A stretch of DNA of 64,000 bases from Bryobacterales bacterium. Lineage in GTDB: Bacteria; Acidobacteriota; Terriglobia; Bryobacterales; UBA6623. Shown piece by piece: positions 1 to 9,898 of the stretch. Location: assembly GCA_965206775.1 (NCBI GenBank), contig CBDBKU010000002.1, forward strand, positions 2,182,898 through 2,246,897, written 5' to 3'. Within the stretch, counting starts at the first letter, position 1, and every line of letters begins with the position of its first letter. The position numbers and the translations under genes are program-made. The notes under the pieces were generated by a model. The model saw only the letters and a program-made list of their open reading frames with translations, did no database searches and was not told the origin of the DNA.

Positions 1-284
1 GCTTCTGCTCGCGTGCCGATTCCGGACAGGCTGGCGTGCGTGGACAGCCCCACGGGGCCACGCGACGGGGCCTCCTCCTCCCGGGGGCCGTCTCGTTCTG
101 AGACCGGGCCTACTCGCGCGCGATCGGGAGCTGCCCATGCTTGCGTCATGCTGAGTCCCTGCAAATGTGGAGTCGGGTACCGAAACCCTTGCGGCAGCAA
201 GTCTCTGAAGGATTCCAACTCAACATAACCAAGCTCGTGACCGGGGTACCGCTGCTGGCACCCTTCCATGACAAGGAGGTCACG

Positions 285-845
285 ATGCTCATCGACTTGT
301 TCCCGCCGGCCCACGTCCGCTACACCTGCCTAGCCCTGCTCGGCACTCAGTCGGACGGGCTCGCCCGCTGGCTTGAGGCCCGCGGCTTCCCGGCCGAAGC
401 GATCCGCGAGCGGATCCGCAAAGCACCCGCCCTGGAGGCTCTGCGGCTGCCCCTCGGCAAGGGCGGCCTGGGCCAGCTCTCGCGAGAGCAGCTGCTGGCG
501 CTGGCACCGCGACCAGCCCGCGATAGCGCGTACCTGCCGGCACTTCTGCGGTCCCTCCCCGCCTATCTCGACGAGCTCGGCCTGCTCGACAGACTGTCGC
601 CACGCCGGGCGCACGTCTCGTCAGCGCCTATCTCGAATTTCTCGGTCAAGTGCGCGGAGTCGCCGCCTCCACCCTCGGCTACCACGGCTACACCGCGCGG
701 GAGCTGCTCGCCTTCCTGCGCTTCGACGACGAGCCGCCTGCGTTGCAGACGCTGGCCGCGCCCCGGATCGAGGCCCTCGTGCAGGCGGTCGCCGCACGCT
801 GCGGCCGAGGAGACGTTCAACATTCGTCACCGGCATGGCTTGTAA
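285..845 (+). pseudogene. tyrosine recombinase (phage-integrase family) 5' fragment, frameshifted and truncated
   Basis: AAGGAGG 5 nt upstream of ATG 285. Starts MLIDLFPPAHVRY...GFPAEAIRERI. Sense continues only after a frame change near 600 (RLVSAYLEFLGQVRGVAASTLGYHGYTARELLAFL...APRIEALVQAVAAR, core-binding/SAM-like wording, frame of ORF 650..1012). No catalytic domain follows. Confidence 0.45.
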
Positions 846-1380
846 GGACATCGGGCAGCGCGGCATCCCAGGGGATCCGCGGGCGTCCGCTGCCCCGCGC
901 TTCGTGGAATCTGTTCCAGGCGATCTGCAGATTCCAGAAGCCCACCAGGATTCGTACGCGCATCGTCACACCAAAAACCCAGGGAGCCTCTGCGGGCTCC
1001 CTGGGGACATAGCTCCCGGTAGCAATGCGACCGGGGGAGGTAACGAAATTCGGTGTATACGTCGATCTGCAGCAGGTCAACGCATCTCGAAGTCAACATG
1101 CATCGACCAGATCGGCATCGGTCGACTGGGCACGCGACAATCGGCACGATTGCCCAGGACCGCCGTCGAGACGCGGCGCGGGGCTTGCCGTACCATCCCG
1201 CGGGGTGCCTTCGCGGCGTGGTCACGCCTGCGCTTGGGGCACGACTGACCAGTCCCGCGATCGTTCATGGCGCTGACCGCTCCGCCGTACCGGACGCCCG
1301 ACCACTACCGTGCTCCCCATTTCGCACGGTCTTGGTCAAGCCAGTTCCGCGGCCACAACAGATGCGCGACCGCACCTGCC

Positions 1381-1898
1381 TCACCAATTCCCGTTTCTCT
1401 CGGCCAGAACCAACTCGACAAGCGTGCTCTCGTGCCATCGCCTTGTGTACGCGTTGCGCAGGGCGGTTGCCGGCCGATGGCCGACGTCGTCGAGCAATCC
1501 TTCCATCGATGCCAGCCTGTCGCGCAACCCCAGTCTGACGCCGCAACGGAGACTGGCCTCTTGTCCGGCCCGCACAGGATCCACTCGTCGTCGCGGCCCA
1601 ATGCGTGTGCCCAAAGCGAAGCTTCGCCCCGATCCAACGCGATGTCGCCAGCCCTGATCGCGAGCGTGGACCGTTGTAAGTCCGCCACGGCACGAGCGGT
1701 TGCCAGCCTGCTTCGCAATTCAGTCTCGTCAACCTGCCGCTCGGGTCGGCGACGCTGGAAACCCGTTTGGGTTTCTGTCACGCAATCCTCCACGGTCTCC
1801 ACTCGGTAGCCGCCGGTCAGCGCCCGCCACGATCCTGTCCAGTGCGCCTCCAGGATGACATTCGTATCGACCAGAACGGTGCCGCGATGCCTGGGCAT
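1381..1898 (-). pseudogene. PIN-domain (VapC-like) nuclease with an apparent 1-nt frameshift near 1553
   Basis: N-terminus TVLVDTNVILEAH...LDRGEASLWAHALGRDDEWILCGPDK (PIN acidic residues). After ~1553 the plausible continuation ASLRCGVRLGLRDRLASMEGLLDDVG...ERNGNW* is in the frame of ORF 1381..1614. Lies 7 nt downstream of the XRE-ImmA gene. Confidence 0.5.
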
Positions 1899-1904
1899 GA
1901 CGCC

Positions 1905-3026
1905 TCATAGATCGGCCGCATGCGCGACGTCATGTGCCGCGAAAACATCCGCGAGATCGTCGACCGTCACATCCAGCAATGCAGCGGCCCGGCGCACCGA
2001 AACCAGGCCATTCCCGATAGCAAGCCCGATCACTAACATGAACGTTCTCGAGAACAGCGGCGGGGGGACATCCTCCGCATCCTCGCGTCCGTTATTGCGC
2101 AATGCCGCTTCCGGCACTGCCCGCGCTGTTGCCGACGTCAGGGCGCCCAGTGCAACCAGCCGCCATTTCAGCGCCGAAGCCGTCACGTGCAACTCGTTTG
2201 CCGCCGCATTCAGCCGCCCGACCAACGCATCCTGTGTGAGACGCGACCAATCGGCGAATCGCGCCAAGGTGCCTGCAGGCATCAGAACCGCTGCCGCAAA
2301 ATTGTTGGCGAGCTGTTCGACGCGATTGCCGCCGGTCTCACTCGCCTCCTCCAGGTGCTTCGGCGGCATCGCGTCCCAGGTCAGGACATGAAACAGCTCG
2401 TGAGCGAGATCGAAATGACGGCGACCGACGACCTGGTGGCGGGAAATCAGCACTGAATCCAGTTCCGGGAGCCGGCATGCAGCACCGGAAATACCCGGAT
2501 CGGCGTCGACCATCAGAACCAAGATGCCCAGCTCCCTTTCCATGACTTCCGCGAGGCGCGGCGCCGGCGCATCGCCTAGACCGTACTCGACGACGAACCG
2601 GTCGCCAGCCTGCATCGCGTCCTCAAACCGGGAATGGCGCACAAGGCCGAGCGCGCGGCGCATCAGCGCCGCCTCCCGTCGGACCTTCGGCGCAAGGATT
2701 CGGAACGCGGCAATCCAGCGACTCGCCCTCCTTTCGCAGGCTTCAAGCCGCTCCACGCCGATACCGGTCTGGCGCCATGAGAACCGGCCTTCCCCAGCGA
2801 GCAGGAAAGGATCGGTAAAGTACTCCAGCGGGGTGCCCAGCCTCTCGGCCGCGAGCACCAATTCCTCGGCCGTGACGCGTCTGGCGCCGGTCTCGATGGC
2901 CGAAATCGTCTGCCGATCGTTGAACCCAAGAACCTCTGCCAATTTCTCTTGGGAGAGCTTGCGTTCCTTACGCAACGCCTTGATCCGTTTTCCGATGAGC
3001 TGCGTCACGATCCGACCTCCCCTCAT
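1905..3026 (-). CDS. XRE-family HTH fused to an ImmA/IrrE (COG2856) zinc metallopeptidase domain
   Basis: HTH: LIGKRIKALRKERKLSQEKLAEVLGFNDRQTISAIETGARRVTAEEL. Peptidase: RRHFDLAHELFHVL (HExxH) ...EQLANNFAAAVLMP. Start uncertain: ATG 3026, or GTG 3008 preceded by AGGGGAGG. Confidence 0.8.
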   Translation of the reverse strand: MRGGRIVTQLIGKRIKALRKERKLSQEKLAEVLGFNDRQTISAIETGARRVTAEELVLAAERLGTPLEYFTDPFLLAGEGRFSWRQTGIGVERLEACERRASRWIAAFRILAPKVRREAALMRRALGLVRHSRFEDAMQAGDRFVVEYGLGDAPAPRLAEVMERELGILVLMVDADPGISGAACRLPELDSVLISRHQVVGRRHFDLAHELFHVLTWDAMPPKHLEEASETGGNRVEQLANNFAAAVLMPAGTLARFADWSRLTQDALVGRLNAAANELHVTASALKWRLVALGALTSATARAVPEAALRNNGREDAEDVPPPLFSRTFMLVIGLAIGNGLVSVRRAAALLDVTVDDLADVFAAHDVAHAADL

Positions 3027-3820
3027 ATTCTTGCATCTTTTGATATGCAATGAAAACATGCGCTTTGGTAATTGTGTACAACACCGAAGGTCAGCACCCG
3101 CATTCCGCAGTACCGATCATGAGTCCACCGCGGACGCACACGCGTTCACCGGGCTTTCACCAAGCGGCGCTCCCGACCCTGGTGCTGACCGGCGCGCTGT
3201 CGCACCTGCCGTCCACGTATGGCCCTCGGCCCCCGTTCTCGTTACCCTAGCGCACGACCCAAGGGCGTGCCTGCCGTGCACATACAGCCCTTGGCCGACG
3301 CCACCGTCCGGCATTCTCCAGACCTAGTGGCCGTTCATCTTCCCGTCCACATACGGCCCTCGCCGGACTGATCTGGCCGCGGTCCCGGACGAAATCGAGG
3401 GTCGTGGTCCCGAGATCACCGACAAACGCCGTGCGTTGAATCGTCCACCCATCCTACGAGGCAGAGTCGTGATAGACTGCATAGGCTGGCTGGAAAAATC
3501 GAGGCGAAGGGACCGAGGAACGTCGTTCCGGCTTGGAATCGCCACGCATCGCAACCATCCAAGGACATGCTGATGGTGCTTAGTGTCCTCTTGGCCGGCG
3601 TCCAAACAAGGTCGGCTGTTCCATGAAGTCCGGAAACCTTGGCGCGAGGGGCACATGGGCCCACTTGAACCGTCTAGCGCGTCACCCACATCCGGGCCTC
3701 GCCTGCCGAGGGCGTACTGCAGGGCGGATAGAATCGAATTCGAAATATTATGGAGCAAGGTCATGGACCGTCATACCATGACTAACGACGATGCCCCTAG
3801 TTCCAGGGAGGGTCGGCGAG

Positions 3821-4522
3821 ATGCGGATTGAGCCGGAGATCAGCGGCGTGAGTGTGGTGCTGCTCGGGAACTTCAATCCAGCGATTTTCACGCCTGCTTG
3901 GTTTGCGCTCCACGGACTACTGCCCCAGAGCGCTGCGGAGAGTGCGAAGTTGGCGGTCGCCCACGAGCAGATTTCGGCATTTTCCACGGACTGGCTTCGT
4001 CTGGAGGTTACGGTCCAGCGTTTTAGCGCCCAGACCTTGCAGGCACCCTACGTACGCCTGCGTGACCTCGTCACCGCCGTGTTCAACGAGCATCTGTACC
4101 ATACGCCCATCAAATCGTTCGCTATAAACCGTACTGTTCATTTCCAGGTACGGAGTCTGAATGCAAGGGATCGAATTGGTAGGACGTTGGTACCGGTGGA
4201 ACCATGGGGTGCATGGCGGAATGACCTAGGGGCGACGGGTGAGCAAGGAGGAATGACTTCCGTGACGATGTCCCAAATCGACCCCGAGGGAAGAGCACCG
4301 GGAGGACGGATCAACGTTAAAGTGGAGCCCTCCAATCAGATCGGTCAGGGACGGCTCGGAGTCTTCGTTGATGTCAACGATCATTTCGTGATCGCTGACA
4401 AGCCGCCGCAGACGGGGAAGCAACTCGTGGGACTCATCGAAGGCAACTTTGATAAGTCGATTGGTCGAAGTGACGGTATCATTGATCACATCATGTCTTT
4501 GGCATCTGGTCTGGAGGTTTAG
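3821..4522 (+). CDS. hypothetical protein, first gene of a lower-GC three-gene operon
   Basis: GGGAGGG SD upstream of ATG 3821 (MRIEPEISGVSVVLLGNFNPAIFTPAWF...). Its stop lies 3 nt before the next start. Composition visibly less GC-rich than the flanks. No family recognised. Confidence 0.6.
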   Translation: MRIEPEISGVSVVLLGNFNPAIFTPAWFALHGLLPQSAAESAKLAVAHEQISAFSTDWLRLEVTVQRFSAQTLQAPYVRLRDLVTAVFNEHLYHTPIKSFAINRTVHFQVRSLNARDRIGRTLVPVEPWGAWRNDLGATGEQGGMTSVTMSQIDPEGRAPGGRINVKVEPSNQIGQGRLGVFVDVNDHFVIADKPPQTGKQLVGLIEGNFDKSIGRSDGIIDHIMSLASGLEV

Positions 4523-4525
4523 GTT

Positions 4526-5140
4526 GTGCTGGGGATAGATCAAGAGCAATTCGCAGTTATGACGCACAACAATGAACTCGGATCGCTCAGCAATATTGAT
4601 ATGAATTCCAGTCAGAATCTCAGCATTCCTGATGTGGGACAATCCATTACAATGGCGATGGAATCTAGAGTAAATGCACAGACAGAAGGCGTAATTCTGT
4701 TTCATTGGGACCATTTCGAGATCAATCAGCCGAATCTGGACAGCCGAGGACAGAAAGAATATGACCTCGTCGTGGCTCTTGCACTTCCGAAAATCGAACC
4801 GTGGTTGGCACCAACTTTTCACGCACTACAGGAGTGGGAGGGATATGTCATAGAGATTAGTGATACGAGCTTTATGGCACGGTTAGTCGATTTGACAGCG
4901 GGATTGGACCAGGCAGAGGAAGAAGCAGAAATTCCCATGTCCGAGGTGTCGGCTAAAGACGCGGTGAAAATGTGCCTGGGTAGCGTATTCCACTGGGTCA
5001 TTGGCTACGAGCGATCCTTGGCGGGAACAAAACGGCGTGTTTCTGAGATCGTGTTTCGTGATGTGCCTCCTATTACTGAGAAAGACTTACGAGATGGGGA
5101 GGCATGGGCACTTGGAGTGATCCAGTCATTCAATCTGTGA
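4526..5140 (+). CDS. hypothetical protein, second gene of the operon
   Basis: GGAGG 8 nt upstream of GTG 4526. Overlaps the next gene by 37 nt. C-terminal half reads LQEWEGYVIEISDTSFMARLVDL...GSVFHWVIGYERS. No family recognised; start uncertain. Confidence 0.5.
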   Translation: MLGIDQEQFAVMTHNNELGSLSNIDMNSSQNLSIPDVGQSITMAMESRVNAQTEGVILFHWDHFEINQPNLDSRGQKEYDLVVALALPKIEPWLAPTFHALQEWEGYVIEISDTSFMARLVDLTAGLDQAEEEAEIPMSEVSAKDAVKMCLGSVFHWVIGYERSLAGTKRRVSEIVFRDVPPITEKDLRDGEAWALGVIQSFNL

Positions 5141-6216
5141 CGAACTTGGCGAAACGTCCGAACCGAGACGAGTTCGAGTTCACTCTTTTCGGTCCAGGGT
5201 ATGGAGAAAGCGCTGTGCTGCATGTCGGCGGAGGCCGTTGGGTCATTGTTGATTCATGTGTAGACAAGGACGGAACACCGCGAGCTCTGAAGTACTTGGA
5301 AAGCATCGGCGTTGATCCGGCCGAGGCCGTAAGTCTCATTGTGGCAACTCACTGGCATGATGATCATATCCGTGGAATCGCAAGATTAGTTGATGTCTGT
5401 AGCCAAGCTGCCTTCTGTTGTGCCAGCGTTCTCTGCAAGAAGGAATTTCTCACGGTTGCCTATGCGCTGGAAGGCCGTAGTCTCTCGGTCGGTGGTTCGG
5501 GCCTGCGAGAAATCCACCGAGTTATTTCGCGGTTGGCCCAGACGGGATCACCTCCCAAGCTGGCATTAGCTAATCGTCGGATTTTTGTACGTAACAAGTG
5601 TGAGATCTGGTCGCTCTCACCCAGCGATCTAGCTTTTCATGCGTTCTTGAAGTCAATTGGCGGGTTGGTGAGTGGTGCTCGTGAAGGCAATATCAGAGTT
5701 ACAGGTCTGTCTCCCAACCTGGTCGCTGTTACCCTCTGGGTCAGGGTCGATGATGTCACGGTACTGCTTGGGTCGGATTTAGAAAAACGCGGTTGGATCG
5801 ACATTCTTCAGAGCGCAGAGCGCCCGATGGGCAAAGCGTCGGCATACAAGGTGCCTCACCACGGATCTGACAGTGGCCATGAGCCAAGGGTGTGGGACTG
5901 CATGCTAGATACTGATCCCTACGCGCTACTCACACCTTGGAGAAGGGGCGGTCACTCCTTGCCTAACCAGCGCGATGTGAGGCGTATTCTCTCGTGCACT
6001 CCGAACGCCTACGCAACCGCACGGATCAATTCCATTAGGCGAGCCCCCTTACGTCGGAGCAGTATGGTCGAACGGACCATCCGGGATTCCGGGGTCAAGC
6101 TTCGTCAGCTTTCGATGTCGCCGGGTTCCATTCGATTACGGTATTCACTGGGATCGAGCATGCAATGGAAGGTTGAGACGTTCGGACCAGCGTGTCACCT
6201 CAGCGATCTCAACTAA
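5104..6216 (+). CDS. metallo-beta-lactamase-fold hydrolase, ComEC/Rec2-type
   Basis: GGGGAGG SD before ATG 5104. ESAVLHVGGGRWVIVDSC...LIVATHWHDDHIRG (HxHxDH) ...YKVPHHGSDSG (ComEC-type HHGS motif). Confidence 0.75.
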   Translation: MGTWSDPVIQSVTNLAKRPNRDEFEFTLFGPGYGESAVLHVGGGRWVIVDSCVDKDGTPRALKYLESIGVDPAEAVSLIVATHWHDDHIRGIARLVDVCSQAAFCCASVLCKKEFLTVAYALEGRSLSVGGSGLREIHRVISRLAQTGSPPKLALANRRIFVRNKCEIWSLSPSDLAFHAFLKSIGGLVSGAREGNIRVTGLSPNLVAVTLWVRVDDVTVLLGSDLEKRGWIDILQSAERPMGKASAYKVPHHGSDSGHEPRVWDCMLDTDPYALLTPWRRGGHSLPNQRDVRRILSCTPNAYATARINSIRRAPLRRSSMVERTIRDSGVKLRQLSMSPGSIRLRYSLGSSMQWKVETFGPACHLSDLN

Positions 6217-6304
6217 GTGTTGTCAAACGTCACCGAACTCGCCTGTGTTACCGTATCGACACGCGACATTCGCCAGATCGAGTGAGCACACTCAATTGCA
6301 GGCC

Positions 6305-6883
6305 TTAGTGAGGAACGTGCACGAGGGTCAGGTCCGTTGCAAGTGAAGTGGCTACGGAATGAAGAGCGTATTTCGGCAGGTGCCCCAGCTGGGCCAGCGA
6401 CTTGAATCGCTTGAAGACCAGCTCGACTTGCCAGCGCAGCCGATACCATTCCAAGACCTTCGAGGCTGGGAACTGCGCTGGCGGATAGGTCGTGAACACG
6501 GTCACGTACCAAGCAAACCGCAGGGTCTCCGGCTGCACCTGCTTGCCCTTGCGCCGGGCCACCTTATGGATCTTGGCGTGCGCGACCTGGATCGCTCCCT
6601 CGGTCTTGCGAATCGCGCAGACCCTGCCTGCGAGGGTAGGACCGGTCTTGGCGACCGCGCGAGCCGACCACTTCCCCACAGATCCGCGTTGTTGCAGGGA
6701 TTCAACCGTCGTCAGCAGGTCGATCGGCTTGTCGTCGGTGGTTTCGAGCAGCGGCGACCCGGTGTTCACGCGCACCGTCGCGTGGGCACCCGCAGCGGCG
6801 ACGTGCTGATTCCCGACAGTAGTCGAGTGGCCCCGGTCGGCCAGCACGCAATCGCCGCCCGTGTCACGGTCTCGCTCATGCCC
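6305..6883 (-). pseudogene. IS4-family DDE transposase fragment (N-terminal half missing, C-terminus degraded)
   Basis: DTGGDCVLADRGHS ... VLEWYRLRWQVELVFKRFKSLAQLGHLPK (DDE_Tnp_1 YxxRWxIE block). TAG immediately upstream at ~6886. Confidence 0.65.
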
Positions 6884-6980
6884 ACACTATGCAAAATGAC
6901 GGCCCGGGAAACAAGTTAGCGCTTATGGGGCGCAGGTGTTGGCACACGCGGGGGCCTGATCGGGGGCCAGCTGCCCTTGA

Positions 6981-7487
6981 TCACTTCGTCGGTATCGGGC
7001 ACTCCGCATCCTCCCCGCTCAATTCGGAATCCACGAACCCCTCCCAGCGCGCGGCCGCCTTCCGATCCCAAGGGGCTCCCGAGCTGGCGAGCATCCCGAG
7101 ATCGTTAGCCCGACGCTGCAGCGCGTCGAACTTGGCCGTAGCGCCGTCTGCGTACCAGTTCGACCACAGGTCGCTGTACTCGATGCGCAGACTCTCCCAG
7201 GCAGTCCTAAGCGTCACGAGCGTCGAGTGTGTCTGATTCAGGTTCGTGGCCGTCGGCCAGATATTCGCAGCCGCGGCGACCAACGCGAACACGGCGGCCA
7301 AGAGCGGCCACGGCTCCCGGACCAGCGTGACGAATGCACCGGACGCGAACCCTAGGGACAGGCCCTGGACCCACTTCAGCCGCCTCGCGTAGCGCGCCGC
7401 CATCTCGCCGAAGTAGAGCGACCGCACTCTTGCCTCGCGCATCGCCTTCCAGACCTGACCGGACTCGCTTTCGGGAATGCCTGCCAC
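6981..7487 (-). CDS. hypothetical two-TM membrane protein (SLATT-like layout, unverified)
   Basis: RVRSLYFGEMAARYARRLKWVQ, then two hydrophobic helices (GLSLGFASGAFVTLV / WPLLAAVFALVAAAANIW), then a helical tail. Confidence 0.45.
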   Translation of the reverse strand: MAGIPESESGQVWKAMREARVRSLYFGEMAARYARRLKWVQGLSLGFASGAFVTLVREPWPLLAAVFALVAAAANIWPTATNLNQTHSTLVTLRTAWESLRIEYSDLWSNWYADGATAKFDALQRRANDLGMLASSGAPWDRKAAARWEGFVDSELSGEDAECPIPTK

Positions 7488-7572
7488 GAATTGAATTGCA
7501 GTGAATGTGGATCGATGACCGAGTCAGGGACTCGTCCCGCAAGCGATCCCTCTTTCGGGCACCGACCACAAG

Positions 7573-7899
7573 TTGCCGGGCTTCGACCAGGCCATCGCGC
7601 CCCAAGATATTGCGCTCCCCGCCCGCCGCGAGCCGGACGACAGGCGCGTCTTCGCCGTGCTGCTGAAGCTTGGCCTGGAGCCGGCGGACGCCTATGCTTT
7701 CGTCCAGGACCCGCAGGACTTGGCCGCGGAGTACCTCATTGTTCGCTTCGAGTCCAAGCTGGAAGCCCAGGCAGCCCGCCTCGAGTCGAGGCTTGCTGAG
7801 CAGGCGGGAAACTCAACGAGCTTAGAGCGGAAGCGCGGAGCATTGACAGGACCATCGGCCAAGCCGGCGTCGGGCTCGGCCTCTTCCTGGCCGCACTGA
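7573..7899 (+). CDS. hypothetical protein (weak call)
   Basis: High third-position GC between ~7630 and 7800 (VFAVLLKLGLEPADAYAFVQDPQDLAAEYLIVRFESKLEAQAARLESRL). The signal decays afterwards, so it is possibly truncated. Confidence 0.3.
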   Translation: MPGFDQAIAPQDIALPARREPDDRRVFAVLLKLGLEPADAYAFVQDPQDLAAEYLIVRFESKLEAQAARLESRLAEQAGNSTSLERKRGALTGPSAKPASGSASSWPH

Positions 7900-8061
7900 T
7901 AAACGTGGCTCGCCTCCTGCAGTGATCCGAGCCCTTCAGCCAGCTCGAAACGCTCCGCCCCTAAGTGGATGAGCTTGCGGGGAATCTTTGGGGCCCCGGG
8001 GAGCGTACCTGCAGCCCCGTCCCGGAAACGATGCAATTCACCGCAGTTGGCGGGACGAATC

Positions 8062-9890
8062 GTAACTGCCCAGGTAGTCTTCAGATACAGGAGCCCCAAT
8101 CGATTGGATGAATAGAGGGGCTCACTTGGAGTGCGGTCCGCTCAGCATGCGTGCATCCGAACCGGGTGTAGTGTGGCGGCTAGGGTTCCACCCTCGCCAG
8201 CAGAGCGGCCGGCCCTTGCAACAAGGCCTCAACGCGGTTCAAGCCCTGCTTGCGCGCCGTCGAGAGCACACTACGCAGCGTGGCGAAGTCCTGCGCACCC
8301 TGCTCGGAGCGGAACCCGCCCGAGATCTTCATCCGCAGCTTCATCATCCGCAAATCCTGTTCGGCTTGGTTGTTCGTGAACGGCACCCTCTCGTCCCTGA
8401 GAAATCGCAACACCGACTCCCGCCTGTCCCTCAGCCGCAACGCCAGATTATGTCCCGGCCGACGCTTCTTGCGGCCCCGCCGTCCCGGCTTGGCCGGCCG
8501 CAACGGCTCCAACCTCTCGTGATACGCCAACGCCTCCCGCACCAACTCGTCGTAACGCCGCTCGATCCTCTCCAGTAGCAACCGCGGCAACGCCACCCCC
8601 CGCTCCCGCACGCTGTCCACCGCCCGCTTCGCCCGCCTCAGCAACTGCTGCATCCGCCGCGCCCAGTCTTCCCCGTCGATCTTCGCCAACGCCTCTAGCT
8701 CCCGCAAGTGGTGAATGTTACACAGCGCGTGCAGCACTCCCGGCACCTTGAAATACGAGGCCCAGTGGTCATGCACCAAGATGCCTCGCAACCCCTCCAA
8801 CACGCCACCCCGCTGGCGGCTTGTCCGGTAGTAGGTCAGCTTCGCCGTGCTCAGCACGTGCAACCACTGCCCCTGGCCCGCAATCCGGAATCCCGTCTCG
8901 TCCAGATGCTTCACCCCGCTCGCGCTTACCAGCTGATCCCGTACCCGCTCGCTCCAACTCCGCCAGATCTGCGCTGCCTTGCGGCTCATCCCCGCCAGCG
9001 TCGCCGCGCACAATGCCACCCCGAACAGGTCCCGGAAGATCTCCGCCAGTCGATCCTCGGGCAGGCAATGGGCGTTCTGCAAGTACACCGCGGTGGCCGC
9101 GATCCGCGGCCCGTACTGCACCGGCGCGCTCACTCCCTCCGGGAACGCGGCCCGCGTCAGCTGTCCGCACTGCTGGCAACGACAGCCCCAGGCCTGGTGC
9201 TCGGTCACCTCCGGCGCTGTCGGTGCGGGCAGATCATAGACCTGCCGACGCTGGGGCTCGCCCTCCACGTCGGCCGCCGACAGGGCCGCTCCGCACTCGC
9301 GGCAGCCTGACGGCAGGTGGACCTGGGTCCGCTCCGGTGTGTCCGTCTGGCTCAGCGTCGCGCCCTTGTGACCGGGCTGCCCACCCGAGCGCTTGCCGGA
9401 CCGACGACGCTGGCTGCGCGTCCGTTGCGCTGCCGCTGGCTTGGCCGGCCCATCGCTCGAGGGTGGTTTCCCGCTGTTGCTGCTGTCGAGGCCCAACCGC
9501 CGTTGCAATGCCTGCACTTGCTCTTGCAACGACTGCAACTGCCTCGTCAACTCCTCATGGAGGGCCTGCAACCGGGCGTTTTCGGCTCGCAACTGCGCGT
9601 TTTCGGCCTCCAATTGCGCCAGACGCTCGTGCCAGTCCACCGCACGTGGCTCGCTGTTGGCTCGCTCCACCTTCATCCCGCTGACGCCGGCACTGCTCGT
9701 CGCGAGCGCATCGGCTTGCCCACAACGGTCCGGAGGCCCAGAACATTACTATTGCTAACTGGTTTCCCAGCGGAAAGTCAAGTGCTGCCGAATTCTGGCC
9801 ATCCCGGTGAGCGGTTCCCGTGGAACCATCCGGCCTCCCCCTTTTCAGTACGCATCACCCGCGTATGAGTGGGGGTACCTGGGCAGTTAC
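8062..9890 (-). mobile_element. IS66-family insertion sequence, copy 1 (single-ORF type)
   Basis: Terminal IRs GTAACTGCCCAGGTA (8062..) / TACCTGGGCAGTTAC (..9890). Perfect 8-bp direct repeat GACGAATC at 8054..8061 and 9891..9898. Confidence 0.9.
8180..9676 (-). CDS. IS66-family transposase
   Basis: N-terminal leucine-zipper heptads. Cys pairs CRECGAAL...CRCQQCG. HLDETGFRIAGQGQWLHVLST; LCNIHHLRELEAL; VPFTNNQAEQDLRMMKLRMKISGGFRS. Confidence 0.9.
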   Translation of the reverse strand: MKVERANSEPRAVDWHERLAQLEAENAQLRAENARLQALHEELTRQLQSLQEQVQALQRRLGLDSSNSGKPPSSDGPAKPAAAQRTRSQRRRSGKRSGGQPGHKGATLSQTDTPERTQVHLPSGCRECGAALSAADVEGEPQRRQVYDLPAPTAPEVTEHQAWGCRCQQCGQLTRAAFPEGVSAPVQYGPRIAATAVYLQNAHCLPEDRLAEIFRDLFGVALCAATLAGMSRKAAQIWRSWSERVRDQLVSASGVKHLDETGFRIAGQGQWLHVLSTAKLTYYRTSRQRGGVLEGLRGILVHDHWASYFKVPGVLHALCNIHHLRELEALAKIDGEDWARRMQQLLRRAKRAVDSVRERGVALPRLLLERIERRYDELVREALAYHERLEPLRPAKPGRRGRKKRRPGHNLALRLRDRRESVLRFLRDERVPFTNNQAEQDLRMMKLRMKISGGFRSEQGAQDFATLRSVLSTARKQGLNRVEALLQGPAALLARVEP

Positions 9891-9898
9891 GACGAATC

